The notes beneath the pieces were generated by a model. The model worked only from the letters and a program-made list of their open reading frames with translations, was not told the DNA's origin and did not search any database. Shown here piece by piece: positions 8,185 through 22,506 of a DNA stretch of 52,461 nt. The stretch is from Oscillospiraceae bacterium (GTDB lineage Bacteria > Bacillota > Clostridia > Oscillospirales > Oscillospiraceae). The first letter of the stretch is position 1. Every line of letters begins with the position of its first letter. The stretch spans positions 1 through 52,461 of the forward strand of contig JAJBUC010000094.1 in the NCBI GenBank assembly GCA_020860545.1. Reading direction: 5' to 3'. The position numbers and the translations under genes are program-made.

Positions 8185-10839
8185 TTATGATGTCGCGTCC
8201 AACGCGGCTTGTACGAACTCATCTACCGCAGCCAGAGCATTATCCAGTTTTAAAATATCCCTGCCGCCGCCCATAGCGGAATCGGGTTTGCCGCCGCCGG
8301 AACCGCCGCAGATGGCGCTCACGTGCTTGACAAGTGCGCCTGCCTTGACGCCTCTTGCGATTGCCTCCTTACCGCAGACGGCGAGCAGCGTAATTTTGCT
8401 CTCATTTACAGCGGAGAGAACAGCGACAACGGTGGCGTCCTTATCCCGCAAAAAATCGCCCATCTTATGCAATGCGTCGGTATCGGCCTGGGGCATTGTG
8501 GCAGTTATTACTCTCAGTCCCCCGATGTCTTTTGCGCCGAAGAGGAAACGCTCCGCTTCGCTGAGGGCGTCCTTCACTTGGTATTTTTCCACAGTATGGC
8601 GGAGGGTGCGGATTTCGCCGAGGGTTTGCGTGATTTTGTCGCGCAGGGCGGTGGGCTGGGTTTTGAGTAGCTCTGCCGCGTCGGTAATCATACGGCGGTT
8701 GCGCTGCAACGCCTCCAGACCGGCGGCACCTGTGCTTGCCTCAATGCGCCGTACGCCGGATGCAATGGAGTATTCGCTGGTGAGGAGGAAGACGCCGACC
8801 TTTGCGGTGTTATCGAGATGGGTTCCGCCGCACAGCTCTACAGAGTAGCCATCCCCCATAGTGACGACCCGCACGACATCGCCGTACTTTTCATCAAAGA
8901 GTGCGGTTGCTCCGCTGCTACGGGCGTCGTCCAGGCTCATCTCATCGGTATGGATTTCATACCCCTCCAGAACCGCGCGGTTGACCTCGGCCCAAATGGA
9001 TTCCGACTCTTCCGATGTGAGAGCAGAAAAATGGGTAAAGTCAAAGCGCAGATGGTCGGGGGCAACCAGAGAGCCGGCCTGGTGCACGTGGTCACCGAGC
9101 ACTCTGCGCAGTGCCGCCTGCAGCAAATGGGTGGCGGAGTGGGCACGGGCAATGGCGCGGCGGCGCGCGGTCTCCACCTGTGTGTGGACGTGATCGCCAA
9201 TGGAGAGCGTCCCCTCGAGCAGTGTGCCTTGGTGGAGATATTTCCCGTCGGCAGTTTTTTGCACATCGGAGACGGCGAATCTGGCCGTATCGCTGCGGAT
9301 CAGGCCGTGGTCGGCAACCTGACCGCCCATTTCGGCGTAAAATGGGGTCTGGTCAAGTACCAGCAGCCCTTCCATTCCCGCGGTGAGGGAGGAACACGCT
9401 TCGCCATCGGCAGCAAGAGCGAGAATGACGCCCGCACCGGACAGACCTTCATACCCGGTAAAACGGGTGGGGGTGCTGTCCAGTCCCAGGTCAATACCGG
9501 CCCAAGCGAGATCGCCGAGCGCCTCCCGTGCCTTTCTGGCACGGTTTTTTTGTGCCTCCATCAGGGTGTCGAACGCGGCGCGATCCACCGTCATACCGGT
9601 TTCCTCCAGTATTTCAATGGTGAGGTCAATGGGGAAGCCGTAAGTGTCGTAGAGCTGGAAGGCATCGGCACCGGAGAAGATTCTTGTTTCGGCAGCCTTG
9701 TGCTGCTCCAGCCGCTCGGAGAGGATCCGCATGCCGCCATCAATTGTCCGGGCAAAATTCTCCTCCTCTACCGTGATGACGCGGGTGATGTAATCCTGCC
9801 GTTCTCTGAGCTCCGGATAGTGTCCCGCGCTCTCCTGCACTACGGTATCACAGAGCTGACAGAGAAAGGGCTCATCCAGGCCGAGGAGCTTTCCGTGCCG
9901 GGCGGCGCGGCGGAGCAAGCGGCGCAGTACATACCCCCGCCCCTCATTGGCGGGGAGCACGCCGTCGGATATCATAAAGGTTGCCGAGCGGATGTGGTCA
10001 GTAATGACGCGCAGGGAGATGTCGAACTTCTTGTTCTGCCCATAGTGCGCGCCGGTCAGGCGGGAGACGTGGTTTGTAATATTCATGATGGTGTCCACGT
10101 CAAAGAGGGATGCGACGTCCTGACATACACAGGCGAGCCGCTCAAGGCCCATGCCGGTATCAATATTCTTCTGGGCGAGCTCCGTATAATTGCCCGCGCC
10201 GTCGTTGTTGAACTGGGAGAAGACGTTGTTCCAGACCTCAATATACCGGTCGCAGTCGCAGCCGACGGTGCACTCTGCCTTGCCGCAGCCCCACTGCTCG
10301 CCGCGGTCATAGTAGATTTCCGAACAGGGGCCGCACGGACCCGCGCCGTGCTCCCAGAAATTATCCGCCTTGCCGAAGCGGAAAATGCGCGCCGTCGGGA
10401 TGCCGATCTCCTCATGCCAGATGGCAAAGGCCTCATCGTCATCGAGATAGATGGAGGGATAGAGGCGGTCGGGGTCAAGACCGACCCAATCGGGTGAGGT
10501 GAGGAATTCCCAGCTCCAGGCGATAGCCTCATGTTTGAAATAATCGCCAAAGGAAAAGTTGCCGAGCATTTCAAAAAAGGTGCCGTGCCGCGCTGTGTGG
10601 CCGATATTTTCAATATCGCCGGTGCGGATGCATTTTTGACAGGTACAGACTCTGCGGCTGGGCGGCTCCTGTGCGCCGGTAAACCATGGCTTCATCGGTG
10701 CCATGCCGGAGTTGACCAGCAGCAGGGACTTGTCTCCCTGCGGGATCAGCGAGAAGCTGGGCAGGCGCAGGTGTCCCTTGCTCTCAAAAAAAGAGAGGAA
10801 CATTTCACGCAGCTCGTTCAGGCCAAATTTTTTACTCAT
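8185..10839 (-). CDS. alaS: Alanine--tRNA ligase, 884 aa
   Basis: MSKKFGLNELREMFLSFFESKGHLRLPSFSL... is the canonical AlaS N-terminus. HxxxH/CxxxH editing motifs and a C-terminal DHHA1-like GGGGG region are present. GGAGG lies before the ATG at 10839. The 50-codon track extension is not homologous. Confidence 0.97.
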   Translation of the reverse strand: MSKKFGLNELREMFLSFFESKGHLRLPSFSLIPQGDKSLLLVNSGMAPMKPWFTGAQEPPSRRVCTCQKCIRTGDIENIGHTARHGTFFEMLGNFSFGDYFKHEAIAWSWEFLTSPDWVGLDPDRLYPSIYLDDDEAFAIWHEEIGIPTARIFRFGKADNFWEHGAGPCGPCSEIYYDRGEQWGCGKAECTVGCDCDRYIEVWNNVFSQFNNDGAGNYTELAQKNIDTGMGLERLACVCQDVASLFDVDTIMNITNHVSRLTGAHYGQNKKFDISLRVITDHIRSATFMISDGVLPANEGRGYVLRRLLRRAARHGKLLGLDEPFLCQLCDTVVQESAGHYPELRERQDYITRVITVEEENFARTIDGGMRILSERLEQHKAAETRIFSGADAFQLYDTYGFPIDLTIEILEETGMTVDRAAFDTLMEAQKNRARKAREALGDLAWAGIDLGLDSTPTRFTGYEGLSGAGVILALAADGEACSSLTAGMEGLLVLDQTPFYAEMGGQVADHGLIRSDTARFAVSDVQKTADGKYLHQGTLLEGTLSIGDHVHTQVETARRRAIARAHSATHLLQAALRRVLGDHVHQAGSLVAPDHLRFDFTHFSALTSEESESIWAEVNRAVLEGYEIHTDEMSLDDARSSGATALFDEKYGDVVRVVTMGDGYSVELCGGTHLDNTAKVGVFLLTSEYSIASGVRRIEASTGAAGLEALQRNRRMITDAAELLKTQPTALRDKITQTLGEIRTLRHTVEKYQVKDALSEAERFLFGAKDIGGLRVITATMPQADTDALHKMGDFLRDKDATVVAVLSAVNESKITLLAVCGKEAIARGVKAGALVKHVSAICGGSGGGKPDSAMGGGRDILKLDNALAAVDEFVQAALDATS

Positions 10840-10986
10840 GGGGATTCCTCCAAGTAAAGTAAGACTGTGGGCCAAGGGGATTGGGTTGCAAGACGGTACG
10901 GCTGTGATACAAGTGTGGGAAAAAGGGCCTGCAACGGGAAAGGGGAACCCGCTCAGTGAAAAGGATAAGCTCGTCCGTGACAAGTA

Positions 10987-11019
10987 CACTTCGCCCCTGA
11001 GGCAAACAGGGGCGAAGTG
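10987..11019 (-). terminator. Strong stem-loop just downstream of rpoC (probable terminator or processing hairpin)
   Basis: Perfect 13-bp stem CACTTCGCCCCTG / CAGGGGCGAAGTG with a 7-nt loop, 25 nt after the rpoC stop. The trailing U-tract is poor (UGUACUUGU). Confidence 0.5.
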
Positions 11020-11043
11020 TCGGGTTGCATTGCATCGGGCGGA

Positions 11044-14868
<3,825 letters not shown>

Positions 14869-14886
14869 AGAAATTTATCCTCCCTC

Positions 14887-17800
14887 TTATTCCGAATCGT
14901 TATCCAGATCCATGTCACCATCGAATAGCTCGTCATCGTCCACGTCAAGCTCCTCGTCGTCCTCGGAGAACAGGTCGCTGTCCTCACCGTCATTGACCGA
15001 ATAGCCGGCGGCGGAAAACTCCGCTTCATCGCCCTCCGCGTATCCGAAGTCGTCGATGTCGTTGAATTTATGGGGCTGGTCGCCGTCCTCGTCGTCCTTC
15101 AGCTCAATCTCATCGCCCTTGTCGTCGAGCACGCGGATGTCGAGACACAGGGATTGCAGCTCCTTCACCAGGACCTTAAAGGATTCCGGCACGCCGGGTT
15201 TGGGCACGTTGTGCCCTTTGACAATGGCCTCGTAGGTGCGCACACGGCCGGTGCAGTCGTCCGACTTGACGGTCAGGATCTCCTGCAGGGTATACGCAGC
15301 GCCGTAAGCCTCCAGCGCCCAGACTTCCATTTCGCCAAAACGCTGGCCGCCGAACTGCGCCTTGCCGCCAAGCGGCTGCTGGGTGACCAGAGAGTACGGG
15401 CCGGTGGAGCGGGCGTGGATCTTATCGTCCACCAGATGGTGGAGTTTGAGGAAGTAGACATAGCCTACGGTGACGGGGTTATCAAATTTCTCGCCGGTGC
15501 GCCCGTCGTACAGGTCGCTTTTCCCGTCGGGAGAGAGGCCTGCGAGCTCCAGCGTGTCCTGAATATCCTGCTCGTTGGCACCGTTGAAGATGGGGGTGGC
15601 GACCTGCCAGCCGAGCGCCTTGGCGGCGTAGCCGAGGTGGACCTCCAGCACCTGCCCGATGTTCATACGCGACGGCACGCCGAGCGGGTTGAGTACGATA
15701 TCAAGGGGGGTGCCGTCGGGCAGGAAGGGCATATCCTCCTGCGGCAGAATGCGGGAGACAACGCCCTTGTTGCCGTGGCGGCCCGCCATCTTATCGCCGA
15801 CGGAGATTTTACGCTTTTGCGCGATGTAGACGCGCACGACCATATTGACGCCGGGGGAGAGCTCGTCGCCGTTTTCACGGGTAAAGACCTTCACATCGAC
15901 GATGATACCGCTCTCCCCATGGGGGACTTTCAGGGAGGTGTCGCGCACCTCGCGTGCCTTTTCGCCAAAAATGGCGCGCAGCAGGCGCTCCTCCGCAGTC
16001 AGGTCGGTCTCGCCTTTGGGGGTGACCTTGCCGACCAAAATATCGCCGGAGCGCACCTCGGCACCCACGCGGATGATGCCGCGCTCGTCGAGATCCTTCA
16101 GCGCGTCTTCACCGACGTTGGGGATATCGCGGGTGATCTCCTCGGGGCCGAGCTTGGTGTCCCGCGCTTCGGTCTCGTATTCTTCAATGTGGATGGAGGT
16201 AAATACGTCCTCCTTGACCATGCGCTCGTTGAGCAGAATGGCGTCCTCGTAGTTATAACCCTCCCAGGTCATAAAGCCCATCAGAATGTTTTTGCCCAGT
16301 GCAATTTCACCGTTAGAGGTGGAGGGGCCGTCCGCGATCACCTCGCCCTTTCTCACCTTCTGTCCAACTTCCACGATGGGGCGCTGGTTGATACAGGTGC
16401 CGTGGTTGGAGCGGAGGAATTTAATGAGCTTGTGGTAGTGCACCTCGCCGTCCTGATAGCGTACCGAAATCCCGTCGGCTGAGACGTGGAGCACCTCGCC
16501 GTCGTCGAGCGCCAGAATGGCAACCTCGGAGTCGATACAGTTTTTATGCTCCTGCCCAGTGGCGACGATAGGTGCCTCCGTTGTCAGCAGCGGCACCGCC
16601 TGACGCTGCATATTTGCACCCATCAGCGCGCGGTTGGCGTCGTCATTCTCCAGAAACGGGATCATCGCGGTCGCGATGGAGACCATCATTTTGGGGGAGA
16701 TATCGATATAGTCCACCTGTTCGCGGTCCACATCAATAATCGCCTCGCGGTGGCGGCAGGTGATACGGTCGTGGATGAGGCGGTTATGTTCGTCCACCGG
16801 TTCGGTCGCCTGCGCGATGGTATACTCGTCCTCCACATCGGCGGTCATATAGTCTACCGTATCGGTTACACAGCCGGTTTCCTTATCCACTTTGCGGTAC
16901 GGTGTTTCAATGAAGCCGTAGCGGTTGATGCGGGCGTAGGACGCGAGGTAGGAGATCAGGCCGATGTTCGGGCCTTCCGGCGTCTCAATGGGGCACAGGC
17001 GGCCATAGTGGCTGTAGTGTACGTCGCGCACGTCGAAGGAGGCGCGGTCACGGGACAGGCCGCCCGGGCCGAGGGCCGACATACGGCGCTTGTGGGTCAG
17101 CTCCGCGAGGGGGTTGGTCTGATCCATGAACTGACTGAGCGGGGAGGAGCCGAAAAACTCTTTGATCGCGGCGGTGACCGGGCGGATGTTGATGAGGGAC
17201 TGCGGCGTGACCACATCAAGGTCCTGAATGGTCATGCGCTCACGAATGACGCGCTCCATCCGGCTAAAGCCGATGCGAAACTGGTTTTGTAATAGCTCGC
17301 CCACGCAGCGCAGGCGGCGGTTGCCAAGGTGGTCGATATCGTCCGGCGTGCCGATGTGGAAGGAAAGGCCGTTAAAGTAGTTGATGGAGGCCATGATATC
17401 GTCCACAATGATGTGCTTGGGCACAAGGTCGTCCTCACGCTCGCGGACGGCGTCCTTGAGGGCGGTGCCGCTATACTGGTCGAGCAGCTCCATCAGTACG
17501 GAATAGCGCACCTTTTCGGTGATGCCGCATTCCTCCGGGTCAAAGTCCACAAACCGGGACATATCCACCATGTGGTTGGAGAAGACCTTAACCGTGTGGC
17601 CATCCACCGCGAGGAGCGCCTCGTTGACGCCGCAGGCGTCGAGCTCCTGTGCGCGCTCGCGTGTGAGCACCTCGCCCGCCTCGGCGAGCACCTCACCGGT
17701 GCGGGGGTCGGCAACCGGCGCGGCAAGGGTTTGCCCGTTCAGGCGTGTCCACAGGGCGAGCTTTTTATTGAATTTATAGCGCCCCACCGCCGACAGGTCA

Positions 17801-18591
17801 TACCGGCGGGGGTCGAAAAACAGCGTGCTGAGCAGCGTCTCAGCCGAGTCCACCGTAGGCGGCTCGCCGGGGCGCAGCTTACGGTAGATTTCCAGCAGTG
17901 ACTCTTCGTACGTTTTGCAGGTGTCTTTTTCCAGCGTGGAGACAATGTGCGGGTCTTCTCCGAACAGTTCCAGAATCTCCGCGTCGGTGCGCGGCCCGAC
18001 CGCCCGGATGAGGCACGTGATGGGCAGCTTGCGGTTTTTATCGATGCGCACGTAAAAGATATCGGACAGGTCGGTCTCATATTCCAGCCACGCGCCGCGG
18101 TAGGGGATGACCGTGGTGGTAAAGGTGAGGTTACCTGTCTTGTCGGCGTTGCGCCCGTAATAGATGCCGGGGGAACGGACAATCTGGGAGACGATGACGC
18201 GCTCCGCGCCGTTGATGACAAAGGTACCGCCCTCCGTCATCAGCGGGAAATCGCCCATAAATATCTCCTGCTCCTTGATCTCCTCGGTCTCCTTGTTGCG
18301 CAGGCGTACCATCACCTTGATGGGGGCTGCGTAGGTCGCGTCCCGCGCCTTGCACTCCTCTATGTCGTACTTGGGCGGCTCGTTCATCGTGTGGTCGATA
18401 AAGGACAGCTCAAGATTGCCCGCGTAGTCGGTGATGGAGGCGACATCGCGGAAGACCTCGCGCAGGCCCTTGTCGAGGAACCACTGGTAGGATTCCTTTT
18501 GTACGGCGAGCAGGTTGGGCATTTCCAGCACTTCATCGAGCTGCGCGTAGCTTTTACGCAGGGTGTTGCCATAGTAGACGTCTTTAACCAT
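14887..18591 (-). CDS. rpoB: DNA-directed RNA polymerase subunit beta, 1234 aa
   Basis: [38 protein letters not shown]... together with conserved rif-cluster and catalytic regions. I chose the ATG at 18591. The upstream 17 codons in the track are non-homologous. Confidence 0.97.
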   Translation of the reverse strand: MVKDVYYGNTLRKSYAQLDEVLEMPNLLAVQKESYQWFLDKGLREVFRDVASITDYAGNLELSFIDHTMNEPPKYDIEECKARDATYAAPIKVMVRLRNKETEEIKEQEIFMGDFPLMTEGGTFVINGAERVIVSQIVRSPGIYYGRNADKTGNLTFTTTVIPYRGAWLEYETDLSDIFYVRIDKNRKLPITCLIRAVGPRTDAEILELFGEDPHIVSTLEKDTCKTYEESLLEIYRKLRPGEPPTVDSAETLLSTLFFDPRRYDLSAVGRYKFNKKLALWTRLNGQTLAAPVADPRTGEVLAEAGEVLTRERAQELDACGVNEALLAVDGHTVKVFSNHMVDMSRFVDFDPEECGITEKVRYSVLMELLDQYSGTALKDAVREREDDLVPKHIIVDDIMASINYFNGLSFHIGTPDDIDHLGNRRLRCVGELLQNQFRIGFSRMERVIRERMTIQDLDVVTPQSLINIRPVTAAIKEFFGSSPLSQFMDQTNPLAELTHKRRMSALGPGGLSRDRASFDVRDVHYSHYGRLCPIETPEGPNIGLISYLASYARINRYGFIETPYRKVDKETGCVTDTVDYMTADVEDEYTIAQATEPVDEHNRLIHDRITCRHREAIIDVDREQVDYIDISPKMMVSIATAMIPFLENDDANRALMGANMQRQAVPLLTTEAPIVATGQEHKNCIDSEVAILALDDGEVLHVSADGISVRYQDGEVHYHKLIKFLRSNHGTCINQRPIVEVGQKVRKGEVIADGPSTSNGEIALGKNILMGFMTWEGYNYEDAILLNERMVKEDVFTSIHIEEYETEARDTKLGPEEITRDIPNVGEDALKDLDERGIIRVGAEVRSGDILVGKVTPKGETDLTAEERLLRAIFGEKAREVRDTSLKVPHGESGIIVDVKVFTRENGDELSPGVNMVVRVYIAQKRKISVGDKMAGRHGNKGVVSRILPQEDMPFLPDGTPLDIVLNPLGVPSRMNIGQVLEVHLGYAAKALGWQVATPIFNGANEQDIQDTLELAGLSPDGKSDLYDGRTGEKFDNPVTVGYVYFLKLHHLVDDKIHARSTGPYSLVTQQPLGGKAQFGGQRFGEMEVWALEAYGAAYTLQEILTVKSDDCTGRVRTYEAIVKGHNVPKPGVPESFKVLVKELQSLCLDIRVLDDKGDEIELKDDEDGDQPHKFNDIDDFGYAEGDEAEFSAAGYSVNDGEDSDLFSEDDEELDVDDDELFDGDMDLDNDSE

Positions 18592-18759
18592 ATGGATATA
18601 GCACCTCATTTTCGTTTTGGCGGCAGAGTGGGGGCGACACACACGGGAACGTTGTGTGGAATATTGCAGGTGTACTTGCGCTGCGGGCGGGTCCGTGGTA
18701 TACTAAAAAACAAGTAAAAGCAAAAAACGCGAGGATAATTTTGTGAATAAAAGCATTTC

Positions 18760-18788
18760 AGTATACCACGAAAAAAGGGTAATGTCAA
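18760..18788 (-). promoter_or_regulatory. Near-consensus sigma-A promoter for rpoBC
   Basis: On the minus strand, -35 TTGACA (18788-18783), a 17-nt spacer ending in TGg, then -10 TATACT (18765-18760). This predicts a leader of about 160 nt before the rpoB ATG. Confidence 0.6.
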
Positions 18789-18801
18789 ATGCTTTGCGGT
18801 G

Positions 18802-18828
18802 AAATCTGGAGAAATCCAGATTTTTTTT
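18802..18828 (+). terminator. Terminator-like hairpin plus U8 on the plus strand, 25 nt upstream of the glycosyltransferase-like gene
   Basis: AAATCTGGA-gaaa-TCCAGATTT forms a 9-bp stem that runs into TTTTTTTT (18821-28). A possible plus-strand promoter lies about 100 nt upstream: TTGCGC, 17 nt, then TATACT at 18698-18703. Confidence 0.45.
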
Positions 18829-18853
18829 CTGTGAAAATGGGAGGGAGTACAAA

Positions 18854-20062
18854 ATGGCAGTGATCCTGGTTGCGATGTGCGTCGTGGGTTTTCTAACGCT
18901 GCTCCTTTTGTATCGCAGCGGGATGGGCAGCCGTCCGCTGGTAGCCTGCCTGCTGGCCGTCGCCGCAGCGATTTTCGTCAGGGGGCTATGCCTCTCGTAT
19001 CAGTCGAATGACTATAACGTGTTTTTATCTGAATGGGTGGCGTATTTTCGGGACAACGGCGGCTTTGCCGCGCTGAAGTATTCCATTGGGGACTATAATG
19101 TACCGTACCTCTATTTTCTGGCGGCGATCTCCTACCTCGACGTTTCAGACCTGTACTGCATCAAGCTGTTATCTATTGTCTTCGACTTTGTGCTCGCCTG
19201 GGGCGGCTGGCGCGTGGCAAAGTGCGTCTGCGCAAACGGGAGCCGCCGTCCGGTGGTGGTATTCTGCCTGCTGCTTCTGCTCCCCACGGTGGTGCTCAAT
19301 GGCGCGTACTGGGGGCAGTGCGACGTCATTTACGCCGCGTTTTGCCTGCACGCCGTCGCCTGCGCGCTGGGAAAGCGCCCAGGGCTTTCGGTGGTGCTGC
19401 TCACCATCGCCTTTGCCTTTAAGCTCCAGACCGTTTTCCTCGTGCCGCTCTGGTTCGGGTTCCTTGTGACAAAGCGGGTCGGAGGCCGGCATCTGCTTTT
19501 GGCGGTACCGGCCTACCTTGCCACCTGTGTCCCCGCGCTGCTGCTGGGAAAACCCATGCGGGATATCATCGGGGTCTACTTTGGGCAGGCGTCGGAGTAC
19601 AGCGGCTATCTGGTGTTAAACGCGCCGAGTGTCCATGCCCTTGTCCCGGCGGATATGTCGGCGTACACCGATATGTTTGCGCGGCTGGGGATTGTGGCGG
19701 CATTTGTCATGGTGTTTGTCCTTTTGGGTCTCTTTTGGATCCACAGGCGGCGGCTGACGGCGGAAATGCTGCTGATGGGCGGGGTGATTCTCGCCATCGG
19801 CGTGCCGTTCCTCCTGCCCTATATGCACGACCGCTACTTTTTCCTCGCAGATGTGCTCGCACTCTGCCTTGCGTGCGTGCGTGCGCGGGGCATCTTGCCG
19901 GCGGTGCTGGTGCAGGTGGCGTCGCTCCGGGCATACTATAATTACTTCTTCATCGGCGGACTTAGTTATCCCGCGTGGGGCGTACTCCTTGTCCTCCTCG
20001 CGCTGGTGCTCAGCTGGGCTGCCTTCCTCCGCGGAGCGGCGAAACCACGGAGGGCAACGTAA
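18854..20062 (+). CDS. Polytopic membrane protein, GT-C-type glycosyl/mannosyltransferase-like (PIG-V/COG5542-like), 402 aa
   Basis: It has about 10 hydrophobic segments. An N-terminal loop (QSNDYNVFLSEWVAYFRDNGGFAALKYSIGDYNVPYLYFL) resembles the D/Y-rich first loop of GT-C enzymes. The family assignment is from memory only. Confidence 0.5.
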   Translation: MAVILVAMCVVGFLTLLLLYRSGMGSRPLVACLLAVAAAIFVRGLCLSYQSNDYNVFLSEWVAYFRDNGGFAALKYSIGDYNVPYLYFLAAISYLDVSDLYCIKLLSIVFDFVLAWGGWRVAKCVCANGSRRPVVVFCLLLLLPTVVLNGAYWGQCDVIYAAFCLHAVACALGKRPGLSVVLLTIAFAFKLQTVFLVPLWFGFLVTKRVGGRHLLLAVPAYLATCVPALLLGKPMRDIIGVYFGQASEYSGYLVLNAPSVHALVPADMSAYTDMFARLGIVAAFVMVFVLLGLFWIHRRRLTAEMLLMGGVILAIGVPFLLPYMHDRYFFLADVLALCLACVRARGILPAVLVQVASLRAYYNYFFIGGLSYPAWGVLLVLLALVLSWAAFLRGAAKPRRAT

Positions 20063-20065
20063 AAT

Positions 20066-20093
20066 GAAAGCCGTCTGCGGGCGGCTTTTTTAC
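20066..20093 (+). terminator. Rho-independent terminator of the membrane GT-like gene
   Basis: AAAGCCGTC-tgcg-GGCGGCTTT followed by TTT, starting 4 nt after the stop codon. Confidence 0.7.
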
Positions 20094-20113
20094 AATCACA
20101 TCACGGTTTGATT

Positions 20114-20152
20114 GCAAAAATACTTCAGCTTGCAGACTGTGTCTACAAGCTG
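20114..20152 (-). terminator. Terminator-like hairpin overlapping the dus stop codon
   Basis: On the minus strand, CAGCTTG-13 nt-CAAGCTG is followed by AAGTATTTTT. Confidence 0.45.
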
Positions 20153-21114
20153 AGCCATGTGGGGTCGGCCTCCCTGCGCAGGGGGAGGTTTTGAAAAATA
20201 TTTGCGGTCAGAAGCCGGTATTCCTCAACATTTGTCGTGCGGCGGAGCTTTTTGCCGAGCGCCTCACTGCCGTCAAAGAGGTGAATGAGATAAAACCACA
20301 GTTCCTTCATCCGGAACATGGTGTTGCGGTTACTGCCGTACGTGCCGCGGTAGGCCTCATAGAGCATATCGTGAAAGTCGCGCAGGACTTGACGTGCCTG
20401 TGCTGGCGGCCCTTTTCCGCGCAGGACGTCCAGCAGAAAGGGGGTCCCGATCAGCCCCCGCCCGATCATGACGCGGTCAATGGTGGGAAAGCGGTCGGCA
20501 AAGTCGGCATAGCCGCTTTGGGTGGCGATGTCGCCGTTGTAGCAGAGGGGATTCCGGCTGTGCTCCACGGCGTGGGAAAAGCTGTCCGGGTGAACGGGGG
20601 CACGGTAGAAATCATCCCGCACGCGCGGGTGGACAATCAGCTCTGCGATGGGATAGCGGTTGTATAGCGCCAGCAGGGGCCCAAATTCCGCGATCTCGTG
20701 CATGCCCAGTCTGGTTTTGACCGAAATGGCGATATCCGCTTTGCGGAAGACGGCATCAAAAAAGCGGGCGAGCCCATCCAGGTCGGACAGGAACCCCGCG
20801 CCCTTTCCCTTCGCGGTCACCGTGGCGGACGGACAGCCGAGGTTGAGATTGACCTCGGTATAGCCCAGATCCCGGCAGAGGCCGAGCGCCCAGAGGAAAT
20901 CCTCCGCCACGCGGGAGAGCAGCTGCGGAACCGTGGGAACCCCTGCAGTATTTGCCGGGAGAAGCTCGCGCAGCTCGCGATTGCCGAAGTTGTGGGTCTG
21001 ATTCGTCGAGAGAAAGGGCGTAAAATACTTCTCCACGCCGTGGAAAAAGCGGTGGTGCACGGCGCGAAACTGATAGCTTGTCAGCCCCTCCAGCGGGGCG
21101 AAATAAAAGTGCAT
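20143..21114 (-). CDS. dus: tRNA-dihydrouridine synthase (Dus family), 323 aa
   Basis: MHFYFAPLEGLTSYQFR... and NLNLGCPSATVTAKGKGAGFL match the catalytic Cys loop of Dus/FMN TIM-barrel enzymes. I preferred the ATG at 21114, which has GGAAAGGA upstream. Confidence 0.88.
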   Translation of the reverse strand: MHFYFAPLEGLTSYQFRAVHHRFFHGVEKYFTPFLSTNQTHNFGNRELRELLPANTAGVPTVPQLLSRVAEDFLWALGLCRDLGYTEVNLNLGCPSATVTAKGKGAGFLSDLDGLARFFDAVFRKADIAISVKTRLGMHEIAEFGPLLALYNRYPIAELIVHPRVRDDFYRAPVHPDSFSHAVEHSRNPLCYNGDIATQSGYADFADRFPTIDRVMIGRGLIGTPFLLDVLRGKGPPAQARQVLRDFHDMLYEAYRGTYGSNRNTMFRMKELWFYLIHLFDGSEALGKKLRRTTNVEEYRLLTANIFQNLPLRREADPTWLSL

Positions 21115-21237
21115 GGAGGGATTCCTTTCCGGCTGCATCACTATTCTACGCCAATCATTTCTTTCGGGGAAAATGCAGCAGAGAATGCCCCGGATGAGGG
21201 CAGTGCCACATGGCTCGATGAGCAGATTAAAACAATG

Positions 21238-22491
21238 TTATACGCGCCCGATATCATGCCGGAAGTGCATATCGGTAAAGTGGATGTGTTTTGCGGCTGC
21301 ATACGCGCCGTCAATGGCGGCATCAAGGGTGTCGCCCGTTGCGGTGACGCCGAGGACACGCCCGCCGGCAGTGAGGATTTCGCCGCCTGTTTGCCGGGTA
21401 CCGGCGTGGAATACCGTTGCGGTTTTGCCCGCCTCGTCCAGTCCGCTGATGGGGTAGCCGGTCTGATAGGGACCGGGATAGCCGCCCGACGCAAGCACCA
21501 GACAGCAGGCGGCTCTATTTGACCATTTTATATCCAGCCGGTCGAGGGTGCCGTTGCGGCAGGCGAGGAGGATATCCATCAGATCGGTCTCCAGCAGGGA
21601 GAGGACGGCCTGGCATTCGGGGTCGCCGAAGCGGGCGTTGTATTCGATCACCTTCGGGCCGTTTGCAGTGAGCATCAGCCCGAAATAGAGTACGCCGGAG
21701 AAGGGGCGGCCCTCCGCCTGCAGGGCCTGCATGGTAGGCAGAAAGATCTCCTCCATACAGCGCGCGGCGAGTTCCGGCGTATAACGGGGGGAGGGGCAGA
21801 TGGCACCCATGCCGCCGGTGTTGGGGCCTTTGCCTCCGTCGTAAGCCTGCTTGTGGTCCTGCGAGGGGGGCATGGGGACGATATGCGTCCCGTCGGCAAA
21901 GGCGAGCACCGTCACCTCGGGGCCGGTCATGCACTCCTCAATCACGACGCGGCTGCCGGACGCGCCGAATTTCTGCTCGCCCATCATCTCCCGCACGGCG
22001 GACACCGCTTCAGCCTCCGTCTGCGCGACGACGACCCCTTTGCCCAGCGCGAGCCCGTCCGCCTTGACCACAATGGGCGCGCCCTGCGCGCGGATATAGG
22101 AGATCGCTTCCTCCATATCGGTAAAGGCGCGGTATGCGGCGGTCGGAATGTGGTACTGCGCCATCAGGCCCTTGGAAAAGACCTTGCTCGCTTCAATGAC
22201 CGCGGCGTTTTTGCGCGGGCCGAAAGCGGGGATATTTTTCTCCTCCAGCGCGTCCACGAGGCCGAGCGCGAGGGGGTCGTCGGGCGCGACAACCACAAAG
22301 TCGATGGGGTGGCTGTCGCACCATGCGGTGATGCCCTCCAGATCGGTTGCTTTGAGGGGAAGGCATTCCGCAAGGGCGGAAATCCCGCCGTTGCCGGGCG
22401 CGCAGAAAATTTTATCCACCTTGGGGCTTTTGGAAAGCGCCCAGACGATGGCATGCTCGCGGCCACCGCCGCCGACGACTAAAACATGCAT
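21238..22491 (-). CDS. purD: Phosphoribosylamine--glycine ligase, 417 aa
   Basis: MHVLVVGGGGREHAIVWAL... and the ATP-grasp core give canonical PurD homology. Confidence 0.96.
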   Translation of the reverse strand: MHVLVVGGGGREHAIVWALSKSPKVDKIFCAPGNGGISALAECLPLKATDLEGITAWCDSHPIDFVVVAPDDPLALGLVDALEEKNIPAFGPRKNAAVIEASKVFSKGLMAQYHIPTAAYRAFTDMEEAISYIRAQGAPIVVKADGLALGKGVVVAQTEAEAVSAVREMMGEQKFGASGSRVVIEECMTGPEVTVLAFADGTHIVPMPPSQDHKQAYDGGKGPNTGGMGAICPSPRYTPELAARCMEEIFLPTMQALQAEGRPFSGVLYFGLMLTANGPKVIEYNARFGDPECQAVLSLLETDLMDILLACRNGTLDRLDIKWSNRAACCLVLASGGYPGPYQTGYPISGLDEAGKTATVFHAGTRQTGGEILTAGGRVLGVTATGDTLDAAIDGAYAAAKHIHFTDMHFRHDIGRV

Positions 22492-22506
22492 AATAAGGCC
22501 CCTTTT

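Noticed and set aside
8818-10497. 559-aa plus-strand ORF, and several shorter ones, inside alaS
   Set aside because: It is antisense to an unmistakable alaS reading frame. It is Gly/Ala/Arg-rich and low in complexity, with no SD and no recognisable domains. This is the typical mirror ORF of GC-rich DNA.
10840-11043. Possible T-box or other leader upstream of alaS
   Set aside because: There is no GGTGGTACCGCG-type T-box sequence, specifier-loop architecture or terminator/antiterminator pair. Only the rpoC-distal hairpin is present.
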